Shown piece by piece: positions 21,701-29,076 of a stretch of 32,000 nt of DNA; positions within the stretch are counted from its first letter, which is position 1; every line of letters begins with the position of its first letter. Under the pieces are notes generated by a model that ran no database searches, was not told the DNA's origin, and worked only from the letters and a program-made list of their open reading frames with translations. The stretch spans positions 670 to 32,669 of the forward strand of contig PWMT01000127.1 in NCBI GenBank assembly GCA_003558085.1, in the 5' to 3' direction. Made by a program: the position numbers and the translations under genes. This DNA comes from Methanobacteriaceae archaeon. Lineage in GTDB: Archaea > Methanobacteriota > Methanobacteria > Methanobacteriales > Methanobacteriaceae.

Positions 21701-21736
21701 AAAATCACCACCTTATTTTCTACAAATGTGTCAATG

Positions 21737-21749
21737 TTATTTATAATAC
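21737..21749 (-). promoter_or_regulatory. candidate TATA box for the binding protein-methyltransferase-permease-ATPase operon
   Basis: The reverse strand reads GTATTATAAATAA, centred about 28 nt upstream of the SD at 21714..21704. Confidence 0.35.
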
Positions 21750-21946
21750 TTTTGGTCTTATTATTACTACATATATAAGTCAGGGTGGAAATTGTAATAA
21801 AATAAAGAAAAAAGTAAGAAAAACTAAAATATAATTAATATCAATTTTGCTCATAAATAATACTTTTAAATTATATAAGCTCAGAATATTCTATCTTAAA
21901 AAAAAATTAAGGTGATTCTAAAATTAATTTATTATAATAAAAAAAA

Positions 21947-22555
21947 TTAATTTCTAGAATATTCACTAAAACAAGGAATACATGTGAGTTCACCATTTTC
22001 AATTCTTGCTCGGTGCTCTGCCATAAACTCCCCACATTTATGACATTTCAATGAATTAAATATTCTAGCTTCTTGGGGGATATCGATTTCCACCCTTTCT
22101 ATTTTAAACAGTTCTGTATCATCCATACTTAAAATTCTTTGAGATAAATAATCCTTTTGTTTTTCAAATGCAACTTTATTTTCGCGGTTAGCAGAATTCA
22201 AGAAATTATTTCTTAAAATTGCAAATTCAGGATCAATCTCATCTAAGTTTTTCTTAATAGATAAACGTAAAACATTTCCTGTATTTCGATTTATAAAAGT
22301 ATACACATTTTTCCCATAATCCTTAAATATTAGGTTACCTTTTCCGAAAGTACAACCAGTTACAACTTGAATTGCATCCACGCTACAGCTATCATTTTCT
22401 ACTATGGCTAAAAATTCCTCATCAATTGATCGATCTGAACTAAGTTTTTTTATTGCTATTTCACTTGCGCGATATCCAATGGCGGTTCCGGGACATACAT
22501 GACCATGAAAGCGAGTAACTTCAGAAAAAGGTGTTATTTTTTTAGCTTCTTTCAT
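21947..22555 (-). CDS. FmdE/FwdE-family protein with C-terminal zinc ribbon
   Basis: [15 protein letters not shown] and [22 protein letters not shown] are hallmark FwdE-domain motifs. C-terminal ribbon CHKCGE....CIPC. Confidence 0.8.
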   Translation of the reverse strand: MKEAKKITPFSEVTRFHGHVCPGTAIGYRASEIAIKKLSSDRSIDEEFLAIVENDSCSVDAIQVVTGCTFGKGNLIFKDYGKNVYTFINRNTGNVLRLSIKKNLDEIDPEFAILRNNFLNSANRENKVAFEKQKDYLSQRILSMDDTELFKIERVEIDIPQEARIFNSLKCHKCGEFMAEHRARIENGELTCIPCFSEYSRN

Positions 22556-22797
22556 TTTATCACCATCAAAATTTATTTTTCAAATTATTAAAAATTTTTT
22601 CCATGAAGTTTAATATATTTTCTTATAAATTCATCTTTATTTTTAGCTTGCACAATAAAAAAAATGGGTTTATAAATTTTTTATTTGCAATAATTAATAT
22701 AAACCTATGCAGGGAATCAGTGCAATAACTCGGTAAACATTTATTAAAAATAGTGATCATATCCTTTATTTACGGTAAATTTTAAAGAGGGACTACC

Positions 22798-24051
22798 TTG
22801 AAGCGCAGTGTACAAGAAATTAATAAAAAAATTTCCAGGGGTCAAGCTACAGTTTTAACTGCAGAAGAAGTTACCAGAATGGTGATAGAAGGTGAAACTC
22901 CCACCGTAGAAGATGTTGAAGTTATTACCACTGGTACTACGGGTATAATGTCGGGAACGGCCGCCATAATTCATTTAAAAATTGATGAACCCGGGTCATT
23001 TAAAAAAGCTAAAAAAATATATTTAAACGGAGTCCCTGGATTTCCAGGGCCCTGTCCAAATGAATGGCTTGGATCTGTTGATTTAACTATTTATGGAACC
23101 GCAAATAGCGTCCATGATCCTGAATATGGCGGGGGATTTTTATTTAAGGATTTAATAGCTGGTAGGGAAATCGAAATATCTGTGGAAACAAGTCAAGGTG
23201 AGCTCATCACCACCACTAGCAACTTAAAAGATATGGCCACAGCTAAAATGATCGGCACTCGCATGGCTTTTAAAAACTACACCGCTTTTGTAAATCCAGA
23301 ACCACAATCAGTCTCTTCTATATTCCATGCTATAGAAATGGAAGGTCCTTTTAAAGGATTATCCTTCTCTGGTTGCGGTGAACTTAATCCTTTAGAAAAC
23401 GACCCCCAAATGAAAACTATATGTATGGGATCTAAAATACTCTTAAATGGATCAGAAGGTTTAATATTAGGCACCGGTACTAGAAGCAGCCTAAATAAAC
23501 CAAATTTAATGCTTGCTGCTGATATGCATAATATGGATTCCCATTATCTTGGAGGATTTAAAACAGCTGTAGGTCCGGAAATATATGATTCAGTTGCCCT
23601 GGCTATACCGGTTACTGATCAGAGAATTTTAGAAAAAACTTTTATTAGAAATTCAGATATAAAATTACCAGTTGCAGATATTAAAGGCCGACATATGCCT
23701 CTAGGAGAAATAGATTACGGTCAAGTTTGGGAGGACTCAGATGAAAGACCACAATATCATCCTGAAAATTGCATGAATTGTGTCAATTGCTTAGTAAAAG
23801 AAAGATGTCCTACTAAGGCCTTTAATCAAGGATTGGATGTTAAAAAATGTTTTGGTTGCGGTATGTGTGCTTATTCATGTGAATATGGTACCTGTCAAAT
23901 GAATATCGGCTCGGTAGAACTTAAATTACAACAAGGTGAATTTGAAATTCCTATTGCATGTCGTCAATCAGATTTAAAAAGAGCTAGAGAAATATCAAAT
24001 TTACTTAAAAAAAGGATCGAAGAAGGTAATTTTTACATATTCGAATGTTAA
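22798..24051 (+). CDS. COG1900/DUF39 sulfurtransferase-like domain fused to a 2x[4Fe-4S] ferredoxin domain (methanogenesis marker 16 / ComF-like)
   Basis: The N-terminus EINKKISRGQATVLTAEEV and GTTGIMSGT are typical of the homocysteine-biosynthesis (aspartate-semialdehyde sulfurtransferase) family. The C-terminus carries CMNCVNCLVKERCP and CFGCGMCAYSC. TTG start fits homolog N-termini. Confidence 0.65.
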   Translation: MKRSVQEINKKISRGQATVLTAEEVTRMVIEGETPTVEDVEVITTGTTGIMSGTAAIIHLKIDEPGSFKKAKKIYLNGVPGFPGPCPNEWLGSVDLTIYGTANSVHDPEYGGGFLFKDLIAGREIEISVETSQGELITTTSNLKDMATAKMIGTRMAFKNYTAFVNPEPQSVSSIFHAIEMEGPFKGLSFSGCGELNPLENDPQMKTICMGSKILLNGSEGLILGTGTRSSLNKPNLMLAADMHNMDSHYLGGFKTAVGPEIYDSVALAIPVTDQRILEKTFIRNSDIKLPVADIKGRHMPLGEIDYGQVWEDSDERPQYHPENCMNCVNCLVKERCPTKAFNQGLDVKKCFGCGMCAYSCEYGTCQMNIGSVELKLQQGEFEIPIACRQSDLKRAREISNLLKKRIEEGNFYIFEC

Positions 24052-24069
24052 CCTATTAAGGTGTGATTA

Positions 24070-25224
24070 ATGCTAAAATATGATTTAATTATGGTTCGTT
24101 ATGGAGAATTAGGCTTGAAGAGTCCTCGAGTACGGAAAAGATTTGAAAATAAATTAATTTCTAATATTAAAAGTGCTTTTCCCTGCGAAATTAAATTGGA
24201 TCAGGGCCGCATTTTTATTAAACCAGATGATTTTGATGAAGCCTTAGAATACTTAAAGAAAATTTTTGGAATAGTTTCCTTTTCTCCAGCTATTTCTATG
24301 GAAACTGATAAAAATATTATAAAAACTGAATTAGAACATTATGTGGATGAATTAAAATCAAGGGGGATACTATCTTCCAAAACCAGCTTTGCTATTCGCT
24401 GTCGTCGAATAGGTGAACACCCCTTCACCAGCCAAGAATTAGCAGGATTTGCTGGTGCAGTGGTAGTGGAAAAAATAGGATCTCCAGTTGATTTAACCAA
24501 GCCTGAATTAGAGATTTTCCTAGAAGTTAGATATGATGAAACATTCATATATCATCAGAAACTCCAAGGTCCAGGAGGACTTCCCCTTGGAACTCAAGGT
24601 AAACTGGTGGCTTTACTTTCAGGAGGAATCGATTCTCCAGTAGCAGCTTATCTGATGATGAAAAGAGGATGTCAAATCATTGCTTTAAATTTTAATAATT
24701 ATCCATTTACAGAAAGTGTAGCTCAAGAAAAAGTTATAAAAATGGTAAAAAAACTTAGGGAATATTCTTCAGGAGTCAAATTAGACTTAAAAATTATGGA
24801 ATATGGAGAATACTTGAATAAATGTCAAGAGAAGGCTCCAGAAAAATTAACATGTATTCTATGTAAGAGCGGAATGTATAGCATCGCAGAAATGATAGCT
24901 AATAGAGAAGGTGCGCTGGGTATTGTAGATGGGAATAGTTTGGGACAAGTCGCATCTCAAACACTTCAAAATTTATTAGTCACACGCCATGCTGTGAAAT
25001 TACCTATTTTTAGTCCTTTAATTGGACAAGATAAGATCGATATTGAGAAATTAGCCCAAGAAATAGGCACCTATGATATTTCCATTGAAGATGATGGTGG
25101 ATGTAGTGCCGTTCCAAGATATCCTGAGACTCAAGCAAGTTTAGATAGAGTTTTAGAAGCTCAAAAATCTTTAAATATCGATACTGAGCTAAAAAAAACA
25201 TTTAAAACATTAAAAAATTTTTAA
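24070..25224 (+). CDS. thiI: tRNA 4-thiouridine sulfurtransferase ThiI (no rhodanese domain)
   Basis: N-terminal ferredoxin-like/THUMP region (VRYGELGLKS), PP-loop LLSGGIDSPVA, CILC and GGCS cysteines. 384 aa. Confidence 0.9.
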   Translation: MLKYDLIMVRYGELGLKSPRVRKRFENKLISNIKSAFPCEIKLDQGRIFIKPDDFDEALEYLKKIFGIVSFSPAISMETDKNIIKTELEHYVDELKSRGILSSKTSFAIRCRRIGEHPFTSQELAGFAGAVVVEKIGSPVDLTKPELEIFLEVRYDETFIYHQKLQGPGGLPLGTQGKLVALLSGGIDSPVAAYLMMKRGCQIIALNFNNYPFTESVAQEKVIKMVKKLREYSSGVKLDLKIMEYGEYLNKCQEKAPEKLTCILCKSGMYSIAEMIANREGALGIVDGNSLGQVASQTLQNLLVTRHAVKLPIFSPLIGQDKIDIEKLAQEIGTYDISIEDDGGCSAVPRYPETQASLDRVLEAQKSLNIDTELKKTFKTLKNF

Positions 25225-25436
25225 TAAATGTTATTTTAGACAGAGTTATATGGGCTTATTTTGATCTTAGTTTACTATTTCATTAGTAGGGATAAGTTTT
25301 TAAATTAAATCAAATAAATATAATCATAATAAAATTAATTATTTTAATTAGTTAAAGATTTTATTTAAAATAAAATGTAGCTATAAAATTATAAATAAGA
25401 ATTGTTTTAAAAAACTGAGATATTGGAGGTATTCAG

Positions 25437-26534
25437 ATGAAAACAACTGTTAGTGTAATAAAAGCAGATATTGGAAGCGTTGCAGGACATGGTCTGGTTC
25501 ATCCTGCCTTACTTACAAAAAGTGAGGAATTTCTTCAAAAAGCCAAAGATGAATGATTACTAATTGATTACTATGTTACTAACTGCGGTGATGATACAGA
25601 ATTAATAATGACCCATCAAAACGGGGAAGAGAACGAAGAAATTCATAAACTAGCTTGGGATACTTTTATCGCTGCAACTGAAGTTGCAAAAAAACTTAAA
25701 CTTTATGGGGCAGGTCAAGATCTACTCTCAGATACATTCTCTGGAAACATAAAAGGAATGGGACCTGGAGTAGCCGAGATGGAATTCAAAGAAAGACCCA
25801 GTGATCCAGTAGTGGTCTTCGCCATGGATAAAACAGAACCCGGAGCTTTTAACTTACCCTTATTTAAAATATTCGCAGATCCATTTAACACAGCCGGTTT
25901 AGTAATAGATCCTTCCCTGCACAATGGTTTTGAATTTGAAATATATGACGTAATGGAAAACAAAAAAATATCCATGAGCTGTCCTGATGAAATGTATGAT
26001 TTGCTGGCTCTTCTAGGTACAATTAACCGCTATGTGATAAAACGTATTTATCGTAGAGATGATCATGAAATTGCAGCCTCGGTAAGCACTGAAAGATTAA
26101 ATCTATTAGCAGGACAATATGTTGGAAAAGATGATCCAGTAGCTATTGTTCGCTCCCAATCTGGTTTTCCAGCCACTGGTGAAGTAGCCGAACCCTTCGC
26201 ATTTCCTCATTTAGTTGGAGGATGGATGAGAGGTTCACATAACGGTCCTTTAATGCCAGTTGCACATAAAAATGCTTATCCTGTTCGATTTGATGGACCT
26301 CCTCGAGTGGTGGCCCTAGGTTTCCAAATTTGTGAAGGAGAACTGATTGGTCCGGTGGATATGTTTGATGATCCTGTCTATGATAGATCTCGAGAATTAG
26401 CTTCTGAAATAGCGGAATATATGAGAAGACACGGTCCTTTTGAACCACATAGACTACCTAGTGATGAAATGGAGTACACTACTCTTCCGGGGGTAATGGA
26501 AAAATTTAAAGACCGGTTTGAGGATATTGACTAA
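25437..26534 (+). CDS. fbp: fructose-1,6-bisphosphate aldolase/phosphatase, interrupted by an in-frame TGA at 25554..25556 (possible pseudogene, assembly error or readthrough)
   Basis: GGAGGT SD then ATG 25437. The translation is MKTTVSVIKADIGSVAGHGLVHP...KAKDE*LLIDYYVTNCGDDTELIMTH, continuing in the same frame into the ORF-track ORF 25608..26534. It is collinear over its full length with the archaeal FBPA/P family (GQDLLSDTFSGN, DKTEPGAFN, FADPFNT, GWMRGSHNGPLMP, MEYTTLP). Confidence 0.85.
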
Positions 26535-26569
26535 TTCATCAAATATTTTTTTTATTTTTAAAAAATATA

Positions 26570-27271
26570 TTAAACCTCATAACCTCTTTTTTTAAAACTT
26601 AATATTTTTTCTTTATACTTCTTATTTAATATTAGTTTAGGAATATCAACTAGCTTATCAACTTTATCTATTATGGCGCTGTCACTGGTAGCTATTATCG
26701 CTCCTGATTTATTCCATTCCTTTTTTAAATCATGATCAACTTTTTTAGAAAGTACTGCTGCACCTTCAATTTCGTACTTCCACATATTTTTTTGGATCAT
26801 ATGTACTAATTTTCCACTAAAACTAACTTGTTGATCAAAAAAGAATTTAACCTTAGCTACGTTATATTTTTTTAAATATTTCAAGATTAATTTAATGGCC
26901 GGCTTGGTTTGAGGTCCTATCTTATATTTGCCGAAAATGGATTCCACATCTCTTATGAATCCATCATCGCTCCACACTAGATTGTGATTATTTTCTCCTG
27001 GTTTTTTAAAAGATCTTAAGATACTTTCGACCGTTATTAGGACATTGTAACCATCAATAATAAGGCACTTTCCTTTTAACTCATCTATTTGAACTATTTT
27101 TTTCTCTCTTTCCTTTACTTTATCATCAGAAAATATAAGGCGAGATAGATAATTTCTTTCTTTTTTTCCTAAAAGATAATGATTCGATACAAACTGCAGA
27201 GCCACTTTTTTTCTATAGCCCCGGTTTAATAAGAATCTTAAGTCTAGTTCAGCTTCTTTTAAATTATTCAT
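26570..27271 (-). CDS. DUF434 N-terminal domain plus NYN (YacP/Rae1-like) putative ribonuclease domain protein
   Basis: N-terminal LLNRGYRKKVALQFVSNHYLL resembles DUF434. CLIIDGYNVL and AIIATSDSAIID match the two acidic motifs (DGYN ... TSD) of YacP-type NYN domains. Confidence 0.5.
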   Translation of the reverse strand: MNNLKEAELDLRFLLNRGYRKKVALQFVSNHYLLGKKERNYLSRLIFSDDKVKEREKKIVQIDELKGKCLIIDGYNVLITVESILRSFKKPGENNHNLVWSDDGFIRDVESIFGKYKIGPQTKPAIKLILKYLKKYNVAKVKFFFDQQVSFSGKLVHMIQKNMWKYEIEGAAVLSKKVDHDLKKEWNKSGAIIATSDSAIIDKVDKLVDIPKLILNKKYKEKILSFKKRGYEV

Positions 27272-27361
27272 AAATAATACTCTTCTATAAAATGATAACC
27301 TATAAAATAACCAATCTTTAGAATTATTTTAATCTATAACCAAAATATGAAACAATAACAT

Positions 27362-27595
27362 TCATATAATACTATAAATCATTCTAAGAGAATCAATCAA
27401 TCCATGAGCATAAGTTATACATCCAAAAGATGTCATAAAATCTTTTTTTTCGAGATAATACCAAGCATCATCTCTATAACTTTTCGCCCGATCTAAAATT
27501 TCCTTTTCTACTAGCTTAAGTTCTATAGAGTCAATTTCTTTTAAATTTTTGGAGAGAAGATCAATATCTTTGCTTATTCTTTCCTGGTATTCCAT
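27362..27595 (-). CDS. DUF357-family small protein
   Basis: AKSYRDDAWYYLEKKDFMTSFGCITYAHGLIDS matches the DUF357 helical-hairpin pattern. ATG 27595 has GAGGGGGAT 3 nt upstream. The ORF-track start at 27637 lies inside a duplicated segment. Confidence 0.6.
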   Translation of the reverse strand: MEYQERISKDIDLLSKNLKEIDSIELKLVEKEILDRAKSYRDDAWYYLEKKDFMTSFGCITYAHGLIDSLRMIYSII

Positions 27596-27640
27596 GGCAT
27601 CCCCCTCTAACATTAATTTCCTGGTATTCCAGGGCATCCC
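27580..27640. repeat. 24-nt direct repeat (1 mismatch) with a 37-nt offset covering the DUF357 start region
   Basis: tttcctggtattccatggcatccc (27580..27603) versus tttcctggtattccagggcatccc (27617..27640). Confidence 0.9.
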
Positions 27641-27681
27641 TTTCTAAAATTATTTAAAAATCAAACAATTTAATTATATTC

Positions 27682-28251
27682 CTAAGTTTTCATGGACTTC
27701 CAAGTATGATAAATTCTTTGAGCAACAGTTAAATACCCTAAGATGATTACTAACATAAAAGCTAAAGACATAATTCCTGTACCCAACCAAACACTTAAAA
27801 AGGCCCCGATCATTATAATAGCCAATCGTTCAGCTCTTTCAGCTATTCCAACACTACAAGGAATACCTTCAGCTTCTGACCTTGCTCTAACGTAACTTAC
27901 AGTTAATGATGCGTGTAGTGCCAGTATCCCCAAAATCCAGTTTACAAATCCACCGTATACTATTCCTATTATGATTAAAGCATCTGCCAACCTATCAACT
28001 GTGGAATCAAGAAATGCACCAAACTGGGTAATGGAAGAATTATTACGTGCCACTGTTCCATCTAAAATATCTAAAAATCCGCTAAGCGCGATTAGAATGC
28101 CTCCCCATAATAAATTACCTATGGCAAAATTATATGCTGATAAAAATGCTATTAACAGTCCCAAAAGGGTAATATAGTTGGGATTAATTTTTATTTTATT
28201 AGCTAAAGGTGCTAGTAAACCTTTAACGGATGGCCTGAAACGATTAAGCAT
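27682..28251 (-). CDS. CDP-alcohol phosphatidyltransferase, archaetidylinositol-phosphate synthase-like
   Basis: DILDGTVARNNSSITQFGAFLDSTVDRLAD fits D-x2-DG-x2-AR-x8-G-x3-D-x3-D. About 6 TM helices. Size and sequence context match archaeal AIP synthases. Confidence 0.8.
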   Translation of the reverse strand: MLNRFRPSVKGLLAPLANKIKINPNYITLLGLLIAFLSAYNFAIGNLLWGGILIALSGFLDILDGTVARNNSSITQFGAFLDSTVDRLADALIIIGIVYGGFVNWILGILALHASLTVSYVRARSEAEGIPCSVGIAERAERLAIIMIGAFLSVWLGTGIMSLAFMLVIILGYLTVAQRIYHTWKSMKT

Positions 28252-28300
28252 AGTGCTACTTTATAAACCTAACTAATATATATTGTGCATAGGGGATTCT

Positions 28301-28903
28301 ATGGAAATTATTAATATTAACGCTCAAAATCCAACTGAAAAGAAAATTAGTGAAGCATTGGAAGTATTGAGGGAAGGTGGGATTGTATTGTATCCTACTG
28401 ATACCATTTATGGATTAGGAGTTAATATAAATGATGAAAATGCTTTAAAAAATTTATATAAAATCAAAAAGAGGTCCTTACTTAAGCCAGTTTCAATTTG
28501 TGTCTCTAACATGAATATGATTTCTCAAGTAGCTTATTTAGACCTTAATACCAAAAAAAGGATTTCCCCAATTTTACCGGGTCCCTTCACCATAATTTTG
28601 AAAAAGAAGCCATCCATTTCTTCAACCATAACTGGCCGGACAGATAAAATAGGTATTAGAATTCCCGATATACCTTTATGTCAAGAATTATCCAGAGAAT
28701 TCCCTATTACTGCCACTAGTGCAAATATTTCAGGAAAAACTCCAAAAAAATCTGTTAAAGATATTAAAATTCAGTTAGGAGGTGAACTAGATTTAATATT
28801 AAATTCTGGGCCAGTTAAAAATGTTGAACCTTCTACCGTAATTGATTTTACTACCACCCCTCCTAAAATTTTAAGACAAGGAGCAGGAGAGTACAGGAAA
28901 TAA
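28301..28903 (+). CDS. L-threonylcarbamoyladenylate synthase, Sua5/YrdC/YwlC family (YrdC-domain-only form)
   Basis: LYPTDTIYGLG, RIPD, ATSANISGK and PSTVID motifs. AGGGGAT lies 3 nt before ATG 28301. The TTG at 28283 is an unlikely extension. Confidence 0.85.
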   Translation: MEIININAQNPTEKKISEALEVLREGGIVLYPTDTIYGLGVNINDENALKNLYKIKKRSLLKPVSICVSNMNMISQVAYLDLNTKKRISPILPGPFTIILKKKPSISSTITGRTDKIGIRIPDIPLCQELSREFPITATSANISGKTPKKSVKDIKIQLGGELDLILNSGPVKNVEPSTVIDFTTTPPKILRQGAGEYRK

Positions 28904-29076
28904 ATTAGTATAAATTAATTTTAATTTAAACCATGCTAATAACCAATCTAGTTCATAGGAGAGAAAACGCTTTTACTAATATAAATTACTGCCCCCTTAT
29001 AGATAGTAAATATAAGATATTAGAAAATAAATATACTTTAGGATAATATAGTTAAGTAAGATTTTTGAGGAAATTC

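Noticed and set aside
17562-22797. Transporter/methyltransferase/FwdE block as a mobile genomic island
   Set aside because: I could recognise no integrase, transposase, tRNA attachment site or flanking direct repeats, and base composition looks like the surroundings. I keep only the weaker suggestion of an accessory insertion, to be tested by synteny.
25554-25556. TGA reassigned to glycine (code 25-like) or encoding selenocysteine in fbp
   Set aside because: P0 terminates with TGA (14199..14201) immediately after its conserved GALFG C-terminus, so TGA is a stop in this genome. The aligned residue in homologs is Gly, not Cys/Sec. I know of no Sec-containing FBPA/P, and I did not see an obvious stable hairpin downstream. 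This is retained as a finding only as a nonsense, error or readthrough case.
4481-29076. N-terminal extensions from non-ATG starts in the ORF track: Fe-S protein TTG 4507, L1 TTG 12507, Sua5/YrdC TTG 28283, RadB TTG 29065, DUF357 ATG 27637
   Set aside because: In each case an internal ATG is preceded at 3-6 nt by a GGAGG/GAGGAT/GGGGAT-type SD, and homolog N-termini begin at the internal Met. The extensions add non-conserved residues.
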